Of a stretch of DNA of 37,012 nucleotides, positions 1-8,740 are shown in pieces; position 1 is the stretch's first letter; each line of letters opens with the position of its first letter. The position numbers were made by a program, and so were the translations under genes. The notes beneath the pieces were generated by a model that worked only from the letters and a program-made list of their open reading frames with translations, searched no databases and was not told where the DNA came from. Source of the DNA: a virus (Duplodnaviria; Caudoviricetes); the IMG/VR virus record IMGVR_UViG_3300044266_000304, positions 1 through 37,012 of that record; one strand, 5' to 3'.

Positions 1-238
1 AGGGTTGTGTTTTATCTAGACCGATCTGCTGTGCATTTACGCTACTGATGCACTCATTGTGTGCGTTGTCATAGACAGCCCAGCCACTGCTAAGATTTAC
101 CTTTGCATTTTCCTGTTTTAGATTTTCCGGTGTCCAGCCATCAATGATTGAATTGTATAGCTGTGCCAAGGTTTCAAAATCCTGATCTTCAAAAGCGCCG
201 TCTCCGTTGGTCCAAATTCTTAGTGTATAGTTTGACAT
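1..238 (-). CDS. Hypothetical protein, truncated at the window edge (not in the ORF track)
   Basis: ATG at 238 opens MSNYTLRIWTNGDGAFEDQDFETLAQLY... with no stop before base 1. SD AAGGAG lies upstream, and a CATAAATA box is at 264-271. Confidence 0.75.
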   Translation of the reverse strand, partial: MSNYTLRIWTNGDGAFEDQDFETLAQLYNSIIDGWTPENLKQENAKVNLSSGWAVYDNAHNECISSVNAQQIGLDKTQP

Positions 239-263
239 AGTGTTATGCTCCTTGAGCTACTTT

Positions 264-289
264 TATTTATGCCGTTTTCGCCATAAATA
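264..289. promoter_or_regulatory. Back-to-back T4-type late promoters
   Basis: CATAAATA on minus (264-271) and CATAAATA on plus (282-289), between divergent ORFs. Confidence 0.7.
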
Positions 290-294
290 TTCAG

Positions 295-549
295 GTGAAG
301 GCGCTCTGTGACCACCCAATTACTCTGCCCTATACTGCGGTAGTGCCCTGGCCTCTTGTGGAACGAAATGGACAGCCTGACTGGATTGATGCTATCTATA
401 CCGTAGAAGATTGGTTGGAGCGTAGGGTAGGTCCGCACTATGTCTGCTGGGTTTGGAGCATGTGGACACTGCATCAAAGTCACTTATGTGCCGTGAGTTT
501 TGCTCGGGCTCCGGATAGTACCTTGTTTTTGCTTCGTTGGACACCATAA
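295..549 (+). CDS. Small hypothetical phage protein
   Basis: 84-aa Trp-rich ORF ending LFLLRWTP. GTG start is 5 nt after CATAAATA. Confidence 0.65.
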   Translation: MKALCDHPITLPYTAVVPWPLVERNGQPDWIDAIYTVEDWLERRVGPHYVCWVWSMWTLHQSHLCAVSFARAPDSTLFLLRWTP

Positions 550-585
550 CGGATAAGTAAGGGTATAAGCCCCTGAAAGTTCCCA

Positions 586-1059
586 ATGAGCCGCATCTAT
601 ACCATAAACGATCTTAGAGACCCTCTCTGCAATCTAGTCGCAGATGATCCGGTACGACCAGAAATTCCTTTGAATTTTAGAATTACAGACACCAGTGAAA
701 TCTTTGTGCTACAACACGAAAGCACACATGAACCGCAGGCTGTGGTCTGTGTCTGCTACAAAGATTTTACACCTGCAGATATTCTCGAACTAGCTCGTGA
801 TCCTCAAGGTATTGCAGATACCGCAGTATTCTATACCATATGGAGCTACATCCCCGGTGCTGGCCGTAGACTGATTAATCAAGCAGTAGCACAGATCCGT
901 CGAACTCGTCCTGAAGTTACTGAATTTGTCACACTGAGTCCACAGAGTGATATGGCTCGTACATTCCACATAAGAAACGGCGCTCAAGAGTGGCGCCGTA
1001 ATGGAGATACTGTAAACTATCTCTACAGTACTGCTAAGAAAGCCAAGAACACAGACTAA
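586..1059 (+). CDS. Miniature malonyl-CoA decarboxylase-like (GNAT-fold) protein
   Basis: Ordered motifs EPQAVVCV, ADTAVFYTI, FVTLSP, FHIRNGA and VNYLY parallel the MCD motifs EPLIFVEV, ADTAIFYSI, FVTLSP, FHLGNGA and VNYLY. Confidence 0.65.
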   Translation: MSRIYTINDLRDPLCNLVADDPVRPEIPLNFRITDTSEIFVLQHESTHEPQAVVCVCYKDFTPADILELARDPQGIADTAVFYTIWSYIPGAGRRLINQAVAQIRRTRPEVTEFVTLSPQSDMARTFHIRNGAQEWRRNGDTVNYLYSTAKKAKNTD

Positions 1060-1063
1060 GCTG

Positions 1064-1627
1064 TTAGATTAAGCTCAAAGTCATAAGCTCGTGAAAAATT
1101 GATTCTAATTCAATTAGAGCTTGTCTATACTCACCAGTTTTAACCTGTACCGCAGTACCTCCTGCTTGCCGCCATTCTTCGCAGTTAGTGGTACGATCGT
1201 CTACTAGAATATCATCTGCACTTTGACAATGTCTAGACTTGTCATGACTGTAAGGGCCAAAATGAACTCTAATACCTAGGTCGCCGTAATGATTGTTCAT
1301 CCAGTCAACTTTATCGTGGAACGCATCGGGCATGTCATTACCACTAGGAATAGCAGTTAGTACGCGAACTTCGTAGTCTAGGTTATGTTTAAATCGCATG
1401 GCTAATTCGACTAGCTCATCGGCTAAGGGCATCTTAGGAAGGTTAAGGTAAAAATGCTCTTGGTCAGCAATCTGTCGCCATTTATGATCCGGCCAGCGGC
1501 CTGCCTGAGCAGCACGATTTTCTTCGCTGTCTGTTGCACCTAATAGCTCTCGTGCCGCCGCATTGAAGTCGGCTAGTACACCGTCCATATCTAGATATAA
1601 TACTGGTTTTGTTGTTGTGGGTTTCAT
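1064..1627 (-). CDS. HAD-family 5'(3')-deoxyribonucleotidase (NT5C-like)
   Basis: Motif I YLDMDGVLADF, motif II VLTA, and motif IV ILVDD. Confidence 0.85.
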   Translation of the reverse strand: MKPTTTKPVLYLDMDGVLADFNAAARELLGATDSEENRAAQAGRWPDHKWRQIADQEHFYLNLPKMPLADELVELAMRFKHNLDYEVRVLTAIPSGNDMPDAFHDKVDWMNNHYGDLGIRVHFGPYSHDKSRHCQSADDILVDDRTTNCEEWRQAGGTAVQVKTGEYRQALIELESIFHELMTLSLI

Positions 1628-2320
1628 TTAGATACTTAGTTCTTGATCGTGTAGTCTATCAATAAGTCTGGTCATGCCATCTACAACTTGGTCATTTCGT
1701 AGACTCTTATAAACTAGGTTTGGAATGCTAAACTCTCCTGCAGGTGTAGCAAGTCCTTTTTTACGATACTGTCTAAGTAATTTTAACGCTTTTCTACAGG
1801 CTTGTAAATCCCCTGTCATAGTGGCCATGCGTAATATTTTTTTCCATGTAGTCACACCCTGCGCTAATTTTTCTTCGTTAAATTTTGGAACAACCTTAGC
1901 TGGCCGACGAATCCAACGATCTTGTGTGATGCTGAATTGCCCAGCTGTTACCCCAGGTGTTCTATGATCTTCGATGTAGAGTTCAACAGGTATTCCATAA
2001 ATCTCTAATTGGTGCTGTCTTTTATAAAGCAATCGCTTGCTGTCAAATAGCTCTGCAACTTCTCTATCACATTTTACCTGATCAAAATTTGCAATGATAT
2101 GTAGGTCAATATCTGAATCTTTGGTATAGGTGTAGTTTACGTTACCACCTGTAATTACAATATCTAGCACATCAACTGGCACATCGACAAACTTTAAAAA
2201 GTCTTCAGCCATGCGTAGAAGTGCTCCTCTAACCTCGGGTTTAAGAGCATCGTGGTCCCAGATACGAGTGTTTAATGTAGTGTTCTGCCCTATAGGGGCA
2301 GCGTATTCGTTTTGCATCAT
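1628..2320 (-). CDS. DNA polymerase beta-superfamily nucleotidyltransferase
   Basis: ITGGNVNYTYTKDSDIDLHI fits hG[GS]x9-13DhD, with a third acidic residue in PVELY. Confidence 0.8.
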   Translation of the reverse strand: MMQNEYAAPIGQNTTLNTRIWDHDALKPEVRGALLRMAEDFLKFVDVPVDVLDIVITGGNVNYTYTKDSDIDLHIIANFDQVKCDREVAELFDSKRLLYKRQHQLEIYGIPVELYIEDHRTPGVTAGQFSITQDRWIRRPAKVVPKFNEEKLAQGVTTWKKILRMATMTGDLQACRKALKLLRQYRKKGLATPAGEFSIPNLVYKSLRNDQVVDGMTRLIDRLHDQELSI

Positions 2321-2326
2321 ACTGGA

Positions 2327-2343
2327 TATTTATGCGGTAAATA
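2327..2343. promoter_or_regulatory. Back-to-back late promoters
   Basis: CATAAATA on minus (2327-2334) is 6 nt before ATG 2320. GGTAAATA on plus (2336-2343) is 8 nt before ATG 2352. Confidence 0.7.
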
Positions 2344-2351
2344 CAGTTACG

Positions 2352-2906
2352 ATGCCAAAGAAAAAATATTCAGGGCACCTATTGGTAGCCAATCCTAATA
2401 ATCCAAGAGATGAACTAGCTAAAAGTGTCTTACTCTGTGTAAATCACACAGGGAATCTTGCTATAGGTCTACAGATTAATAACCCCTTAGAGGACATAGA
2501 TCTACAGACTGTTGCACTAAATCTAGGAATGGACTTTCCGGTAAATGCTCCTCTATGGTATGGTGGAAACATATCAACAAATAAAATTCATGTTGTACAC
2601 AGCACAGACTGGCGCGGAATGACTACAGTAAAAATGAGTGACGAAATATCTGTAACCAACGATATTAGTGTACTAGCAGCCATTGCTCGCGGCGAAGGCC
2701 CTAAGTATTACAGAGCCTGTGCCGGTTACTGGTTATGGGAAGACGGTCGTATGGATCGTATGCTCGATCCCCACAATAGAGAAGAACCCATGAAATGGGA
2801 AGTTGCACCTGCAACGCTAGATAGTATATTTGACGGTGAAGGTCCTGATCAATGGCGTGCTGTCCTAGATAAAGCAGCCAAATATCAAGTTAGTGCTTGG
2901 TTTTAA
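2352..2906 (+). CDS. YqgE/AlgH (DUF179) family protein
   Basis: Start revised to MPKKKYSGHLLVANP. Motifs GHLLVANP, SVLLCVNH, GLQIN.P, LWYGG and GYWLW..G match YqgE/AlgH. Confidence 0.85.
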   Translation: MPKKKYSGHLLVANPNNPRDELAKSVLLCVNHTGNLAIGLQINNPLEDIDLQTVALNLGMDFPVNAPLWYGGNISTNKIHVVHSTDWRGMTTVKMSDEISVTNDISVLAAIARGEGPKYYRACAGYWLWEDGRMDRMLDPHNREEPMKWEVAPATLDSIFDGEGPDQWRAVLDKAAKYQVSAWF

Positions 2907-3676
2907 ATTTTAAACACACTATCAATACTAGCACTTTCCAATATTTCATTTGTTCGTGCTGTTCTGTTACCAATGATACTTAACATAGGCCTATAATGGA
3001 ATCCTAGATTAGAAGTAGTATGCGGTATGTTCCAGTGATCAAATGTATGGATTTCTCCTGCTCGCCATTGGGAGTATACCATGTTTCCGTAACTCATAAA
3101 TTGACCAGGCTTCCAATCCTGTAGCATAATGTGTATGCGTACAATGCGCTCGGGCTCTAAAGGACATTGATGCCAAAGTTTGTCAATATGAACTTCAAAC
3201 ACTTCCCCTGGTTGTAGATTTTGTATACGAGGACGAGCATCCTCTAATGCCCAAAAATCTATCATGCGCTGAATAACAGGCCACTGACCTAGATCTTTTC
3301 CCATAACCAACAAGGTTTTATTATCTGGCAGATTATGCAATTTTCTACGATCGTAGTCTTCTTGTTCAATAACAGGTGTGCCTTCGGGGAATCCACGAAG
3401 TCCTTGATCACTGATATCTCGCCAGGTTAGCTCTTTAGATTTTTCTATAATTTCTTCTGCGGCTTGAGCAAAATCGCCTTCGAATCTGCCTAGTCTAGTC
3501 CAGTAATCGCCTTCCTGTTCTTTGCGGAAGTTATCAAAATGATAGTTACTGAATTCTGTTTTGATATAATCCCAATTACTATTATACTTCTTAGACCACT
3601 CATGATTATAACCCGCAGGCAACGGGTTATTCTTAGTGTAACGAATGTGTTCAGACCACTTATCAATTATGTTCAT
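2903..3676 (-). CDS. 2OG-Fe(II) oxygenase, aspartyl/asparaginyl beta-hydroxylase-like
   Basis: HxD (VHIDK), distal His (IPHTTSN) and a downstream Arg (YRPML) in a DSBH-type pattern. Confidence 0.7.
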   Translation of the reverse strand: MNIIDKWSEHIRYTKNNPLPAGYNHEWSKKYNSNWDYIKTEFSNYHFDNFRKEQEGDYWTRLGRFEGDFAQAAEEIIEKSKELTWRDISDQGLRGFPEGTPVIEQEDYDRRKLHNLPDNKTLLVMGKDLGQWPVIQRMIDFWALEDARPRIQNLQPGEVFEVHIDKLWHQCPLEPERIVRIHIMLQDWKPGQFMSYGNMVYSQWRAGEIHTFDHWNIPHTTSNLGFHYRPMLSIIGNRTARTNEILESASIDSVFKI

Positions 3677-3680
3677 AGTA

Positions 3681-4643
3681 TTAGTTTAGGTTAATTTTCT
3701 TTGCATATGGAATCCAATGATTTCTAAAATCTACAAAGAATTTTCGTACTCCTGCTGGGTTCTGCTCTGCAGGAAAAGTTAGCATTAGATTATTATCAAA
3801 GAATTCCTTAGCTTCTTTGCTATTTATTGCAGGTACAAATAGCTTCTGATAGTAATCAACAATTTCGGGAGAAGTGTTTGGAGGTAATGCAATTATCCAA
3901 TGTCCGTGGATTACTAATCCCGGTAATCCGCTTTCTTTCCAAGTTGGAACTTCTGGAATCTGTGGAAGTCGTTCAACACCTGTAATGCCAATATATTTTA
4001 CCTTTCCTGCTTTGTATAACTGATAGGCTAACGCCGAGGGTAAAATTCCAAATTCAATATGACCGCCGGCTACATCTTGGGCGGCATCGATTGCTTTTCT
4101 ATAGGCAACAGGTTGCACTAGTTTTCTATCGGCATTTGTTTTTTCCACTAGATATTCATAGACAAGAGCATGTCCGGTTACACCTAAAGCAATGTTGATC
4201 GGCTCTTTGGTAGTTTTTAATCTAGCTAATAATTCTGCCGGTGTATTTGTCTTACTGTCAACTTTGGCAATAACAGCCAACGGACTTTTGGCAATAGTAG
4301 AGACTAGTGTTAGATCCATAATGTCTCTTTGTAAGAGATTAGGAAAAAATACTTCGCTGGTAGTCATCAGTCCATAGCTAGGAATAAGTAGATGTTTACC
4401 GTCTGGAGGCAATTTCATAAATTCGTTGGCAGCAACAATTTCATCTGCGCCTGGCTTATTTGTAATAACAAATTTTACATTGGGATTAGTTTTTTCAACG
4501 ACTGCTGCCACTGCTCTAAAACTAACTTCATTGCCTGCGCCGGGTCCATAGCCAATAGTTACAGGAATAAGCTCTGGGGGTGTAAATGCCTGTGATACTG
4601 TTGCAAACAATGCAAGTAGACTGGATAATATAACTTTTTTCAT
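3681..4643 (-). CDS. Tripartite tricarboxylate transporter substrate-binding protein (Bug/TctC family)
   Basis: Start revised to MKKVILSSLLALFATVSQA (signal peptide). Motifs GYGPGAG, NKPGA, PPDG, GGHIEFG, RLPQIPEVPTWKESG and PPNTSPEIV are typical of Bug proteins. Confidence 0.9.
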   Translation of the reverse strand: MKKVILSSLLALFATVSQAFTPPELIPVTIGYGPGAGNEVSFRAVAAVVEKTNPNVKFVITNKPGADEIVAANEFMKLPPDGKHLLIPSYGLMTTSEVFFPNLLQRDIMDLTLVSTIAKSPLAVIAKVDSKTNTPAELLARLKTTKEPINIALGVTGHALVYEYLVEKTNADRKLVQPVAYRKAIDAAQDVAGGHIEFGILPSALAYQLYKAGKVKYIGITGVERLPQIPEVPTWKESGLPGLVIHGHWIIALPPNTSPEIVDYYQKLFVPAINSKEAKEFFDNNLMLTFPAEQNPAGVRKFFVDFRNHWIPYAKKINLN

Positions 4644-4650
4644 AATTCTT

Positions 4651-6270
4651 TTATTGGTAAAAAATGGTGGTAATAGTATTTCCGTCAGTGATACCATATA
4701 TGACAATATTATATGTATCTATTAACTGACTGGTTTGATCGAGGGTTTTATCGACCTCTATATTTACGCGGTTAGTGGTCTCTATTTTAAATTTTTGAAG
4801 CTCGTCTTCGGTATCAAATGATCTTGCTCGTATCGTAGATTCAAAATATTGTTTCCACAGTTGCGCCTTCATCATTTCTCTAAGACCCATAGATTTGTGA
4901 CCAACAACCATACGCATCTTAATCCAACTATTAGGATCGTAGACTCCGGTCGCAAGTGTTTTATAAGTTTCTTCGATACTATCTACGGTAATAGTTTTTG
5001 CATTTGGAAAATATACATCCATCCATTTTAATTTGTGTATCTTCTGATACATTGTATCAGCGGCTGGACTATTTTCTAAATAAGTCCAAGCAAAGGCATC
5101 ATAGAATCTTACACCTGTCCTGTATAACTCACAGAGCATTTCGACTATAGAATCATAGGTCTGTCCTGGTAGCCCAATAATAAGTTGTACAGCCATTATA
5201 TCTTGCTTCTCAGGTGCAATAGCTAACATTTTTTTAATTAGCACCTTATGTTCTTCCCAACTGATACTAGGACGATTAATATTCTGTAAAACTTCTTCGT
5301 TTATATCTTGCAAGGAAACTATCATTCTAAAGCCAAATAGTTTTGCCTGTTTAGTTTGAATGTAAAAAGTAACATCTTTCTTTAGTTTAGGTGTATTATA
5401 TATTCTTAGCTGGAAGTTTCTGTCGGGCCTGTATAATTCACAGGCATAGTCGAATACTTCTACATCTTCCTTCCACTGGCCAAAGTTAGCATCAGTTTCC
5501 CTTAGTTTAATATCAAGGTCTCTGAAAAAATGTAGTTCTTCCTTCCAGTCGTGTGTTCTGCGTTTTACTTTTTTAGTTAGATTTTGTGACCAATCGCAGA
5601 ACGCACAACTATACATACATCCTCTGGCAAACTCGATAGCAAATAAAATATTATTTTTTGGAAGCCCGCGACTGACCATATAATCGATACTGCTAGCCAC
5701 TTCTTCCTTTTGTATTAAGAAACTACTGGTACTAAGATATTTCTCGTCACTAATCATTTCATAGGGCCATAATTTATAGCCCGGCTTTAAATTTTCTACC
5801 ATGTTGATCAGAGGAGTATCTGCAGGTAGAAATCCGCTGTATCTATCTATAAGAAGTTGAAATGCTTGCTCTCCGTCACCGTATCCAACAAAGTCTACAT
5901 ATGGATGTTTTTCAAACCATGTTGGATCTTTATGTACGGCCAATTGCGGACCCCCTAATACCAATAGTAGATTAGGATTTCGTTGTTTTAATTCCTTTGC
6001 TAGAGCAAATTGAAAATCTTCGTTCCATACATATACGCTCATTGCCACTATATCAGGATTATCTGCTAATATGTTATTTGCTTGGTCGTTAAGACTGTCA
6101 AACATAACAAAATCACACGGTAACCATTCTACATTAGGATTTTTACCATGAAGCATATAATATGCTTTGATATAAAAGTATGCAGGGTTTATTGCAGTGG
6201 GTCGTGATTTTCCAGTAGGAGAAATACTTAACTCTAAATTTGGAGCATTAGAAATGAATTTTATTTTCAT
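4651..6270 (-). CDS. B12-binding domain radical SAM enzyme
   Basis: Cobalamin-binding region (DIVAMSVYVWN, VLGGPQ, GDGEQAF), then RGCMYSCAFCDW (CxxxCxxC), DANFG and IIGLPGQT. Confidence 0.9.
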   Translation of the reverse strand: MKIKFISNAPNLELSISPTGKSRPTAINPAYFYIKAYYMLHGKNPNVEWLPCDFVMFDSLNDQANNILADNPDIVAMSVYVWNEDFQFALAKELKQRNPNLLLVLGGPQLAVHKDPTWFEKHPYVDFVGYGDGEQAFQLLIDRYSGFLPADTPLINMVENLKPGYKLWPYEMISDEKYLSTSSFLIQKEEVASSIDYMVSRGLPKNNILFAIEFARGCMYSCAFCDWSQNLTKKVKRRTHDWKEELHFFRDLDIKLRETDANFGQWKEDVEVFDYACELYRPDRNFQLRIYNTPKLKKDVTFYIQTKQAKLFGFRMIVSLQDINEEVLQNINRPSISWEEHKVLIKKMLAIAPEKQDIMAVQLIIGLPGQTYDSIVEMLCELYRTGVRFYDAFAWTYLENSPAADTMYQKIHKLKWMDVYFPNAKTITVDSIEETYKTLATGVYDPNSWIKMRMVVGHKSMGLREMMKAQLWKQYFESTIRARSFDTEDELQKFKIETTNRVNIEVDKTLDQTSQLIDTYNIVIYGITDGNTITTIFYQ

Positions 6271-7730
6271 TAATCTTTCTCCGGATTCAGGTTACTGATT
6301 AGGTTTCTAATTAATGCGCCACTACCTTTATTTTGAAAAGATTTAATATTTGATCCTTGGGTAGGATCAACATCTCGAATTTCGCCTGTTTCGGGATCTG
6401 TAGTAGTACTGACTGTACTTGTTCTTTTAAGGGCACTATAAACTCCTGTGGTAGGAATCTTACTCTTGCCGCCTCCCTGCGCTAGGCTAGCTTGTTGATC
6501 TCCTTCGTCGCCTAGATCCTCAATTCTTAGTGTATCGATATTAAACTCTAAATCAACTTTTTGTCCTACACCACTACTGGAACGAGTTTTCATGAATTGA
6601 ATTTGGTAACGACCCCTGTCTTTCATAGCGTTACTGGTGAAGATACCGATAACATTATCGGCGGTCATAATCTTACTTAGACCTCCTGAAATATGACTGT
6701 GGTCAAATTCCAACTCGCCAACTGCTCCGCGGTTTAACTGGGAGGCTGTTACAGTAATACATTGTGTTTCCATTGCTAAGTTTCGAATCTCTTCTGATAC
6801 ATATTTGTCTTTAACAAACAGATCACTAGGCGACACCTTTACACTTAAAGGCATCATCAAATCTAGGTAATCGATTAAAATAACATCGGGTTTGTGTCCT
6901 TTTTTGACTTGGTATTCTTTTAAATAGGCACGAATATCATTACAATTTTTTCCTGAGGGCATATACTTGATCTGTAGACTTCCGCTCTTTTTCTTAAGCA
7001 GTCCTACTTTGAGTTCTACATCGTCAATTGATTTAAATACCTCACGAGTTGAAATCCCAGTCATCATACTATCAAGCCGTAGACCAACTAAACCTTCTGA
7101 AAGTTCAAAAGTTAGATAAAGAACATGCAGACCCATTTTTGTCCAGTTCACGCCTAGATTGGCAAGAAACAAACTTTTACCGCCACCGGATGCCGCACAG
7201 AATATATTAAGTTCACCTCTATTAAATCCGCCGTATAGCTTCTTATCAATACTAGGCCATCCGGTTGAAATTTGTCCATTATTGCTTTTTAATTTTTCAA
7301 GTCGAGCTCTAGGATCTGCAAAGTAGTCTGTGCCCATGTCTTTATTAAGACTAACTTGATTAGCATCCTTGATCAGTTTTTCCATCTGACCATAGTCTTC
7401 GCTGTCTATTAAATCACTGGCCTTGATAACTGCTCGTACAATTGCCTTGTTTCGGCTGAACCGTTCAAACTCGTCCATTAACCATTCGTAATCGCTTGCC
7501 TGTAGATCTAGCTTTTGAAAACTAGTTGCACAACTAGAATTAACAATTTCCAGGGCAGGAACACCTTGTCGTTGGTCTACATATTCTTTGATAAACTTTG
7601 CAGTCTCTTGTAGACGCTGATCAAAATTTTCTGGATCAAAAATATTTTGGCATCTGCTGAATGTCTCAGCATCGTTCAAAAACATTTCTAGATATAATTG
7701 CTGTGTCTCAAATTTGTATTTTTCACTCAT
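6270..7730 (-). CDS. 41: Replicative DnaB-like helicase (T4 gp41-like)
   Basis: STGWPSID, Walker A AASGGGKS, LTFELSE, Walker B ILIDYLDLM, TASQLNR and MKTR. Confidence 0.93.
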   Translation of the reverse strand: MSEKYKFETQQLYLEMFLNDAETFSRCQNIFDPENFDQRLQETAKFIKEYVDQRQGVPALEIVNSSCATSFQKLDLQASDYEWLMDEFERFSRNKAIVRAVIKASDLIDSEDYGQMEKLIKDANQVSLNKDMGTDYFADPRARLEKLKSNNGQISTGWPSIDKKLYGGFNRGELNIFCAASGGGKSLFLANLGVNWTKMGLHVLYLTFELSEGLVGLRLDSMMTGISTREVFKSIDDVELKVGLLKKKSGSLQIKYMPSGKNCNDIRAYLKEYQVKKGHKPDVILIDYLDLMMPLSVKVSPSDLFVKDKYVSEEIRNLAMETQCITVTASQLNRGAVGELEFDHSHISGGLSKIMTADNVIGIFTSNAMKDRGRYQIQFMKTRSSSGVGQKVDLEFNIDTLRIEDLGDEGDQQASLAQGGGKSKIPTTGVYSALKRTSTVSTTTDPETGEIRDVDPTQGSNIKSFQNKGSGALIRNLISNLNPEKD

Positions 7731-8706
7731 CTATATTCTCTAGTTTTTTCTTTATTAGATTTATTTTTATCTCTCCGGTAACTCTATAGTGTAAGATTGT
7801 GGTCAATACATAGAGTCTGCCATATTGTTTTACGGCATCCGCGACATCCTTGATGTCATCTCCCCATGGCGGCAAGCTCACTGACCATTCATTTTTTATG
7901 GCATGCTTGAGCATTTTGGCACCCGGGCGATCCTTATCAGGAACGCATATTATTTCTTTACCTAATGCCTGTAGTCGTGCAACCTGGGTTTCGTTAGGCT
8001 CGTTGGTCATAATGGCTACGCCATCTATTGCTATAGCATCAAACTGTCCTTCAAGGACTATGACGAACTTCCTGTCACGAGCCTGGCGATCCAGGTTGAA
8101 GACATATCCGCTTTGACTGTCTGTGAGATACTTTGGCTTACCTTCGGTTATCTTCCTACCTGTATAGCCTACTATTTTGCCATCTTGATAAAATGGAATG
8201 AGTAATCTATCTTTATATCCTGGTGAAGGACTCCACATCCAATCGTACCAATCTATATCCATTCCTCTACCAAGTATATATTCTACCATTGGAGTAACAT
8301 CTACTCCCTCTTCTATCCACTTAGTTAAGAGTTTGCTATCATCGGGTAGAGCGACTTCGTTTAGTGTAAAGTTCAATGCCTTCTTTACATTTGGCATGTT
8401 TTCTTGAAACTTAAGAGCCACTAGTCCTAGTTTGCCTATGTCAGTTTCATTGAGTCCTATCCACCGGAATAGGGATTTTGTGTTACCGCTTAGTAATTTC
8501 CCTGGACTCCATCCTGCTTTGAATCCACAGTTAAAGCAATGGTAAGTCCAAGCATCACCTTCTGTCTTTATGCCGCCGCGTTTGCGCGAGTCTGGCTTTT
8601 CACCTCTATGATGGCAACAGACAGCGTTGAAACTTTCCCAACCTCCAGAGGTATGCTTACGACCGGAAGGTAGTAGAGCCAAAAGTGTAGACAGTATTTC
8701 GTTCAC
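7723..8706 (-). CDS. 61: DNA primase (T4 gp61-like)
   Basis: N-terminal Zn-binding region (CCHH...YHCFNCG), TOPRIM motifs LEGQFDA and PDKD, and IKDVAD. Adjacent to the helicase. Confidence 0.9.
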   Translation of the reverse strand: MNEILSTLLALLPSGRKHTSGGWESFNAVCCHHRGEKPDSRKRGGIKTEGDAWTYHCFNCGFKAGWSPGKLLSGNTKSLFRWIGLNETDIGKLGLVALKFQENMPNVKKALNFTLNEVALPDDSKLLTKWIEEGVDVTPMVEYILGRGMDIDWYDWMWSPSPGYKDRLLIPFYQDGKIVGYTGRKITEGKPKYLTDSQSGYVFNLDRQARDRKFVIVLEGQFDAIAIDGVAIMTNEPNETQVARLQALGKEIICVPDKDRPGAKMLKHAIKNEWSVSLPPWGDDIKDVADAVKQYGRLYVLTTILHYRVTGEIKINLIKKKLENIDE

Positions 8707-8711
8707 ACTTT

Positions 8712-8740
8712 ATTTTAGCATCTATAAAGTACTTTGTCAA
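8712..8740 (-). promoter_or_regulatory. Sigma70-type promoter for primase-helicase
   Basis: TTGACA-17 nt-TAAAAT with a TGn extension, ending 5 nt before the primase GTG. Confidence 0.75.

Noticed and set aside
1064-1627. HAD protein as the missing GmhB heptose-bisphosphate phosphatase
   Set aside because: Motifs (DMDGVLADF, ILVDD) fit NT5C nucleotidases rather than GmhB (DRDG, TNQSG, CxH...CxCRKP), and it is about 9 kb from the heptose genes.
2211-2351. N-terminal extension of the YqgE ORF as given in the track
   Set aside because: It overlaps the opposite-strand NTase and the promoter pair. Family-like sequence begins at ATG 2352.
4644-4706. Longer start for the Bug protein (similarly the track starts at 9539, 9560, 12791, 14752, 17870 and 35552)
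   Set aside because: Downstream ATGs fit signal peptides, stop/start coupling or promoter spacing better.
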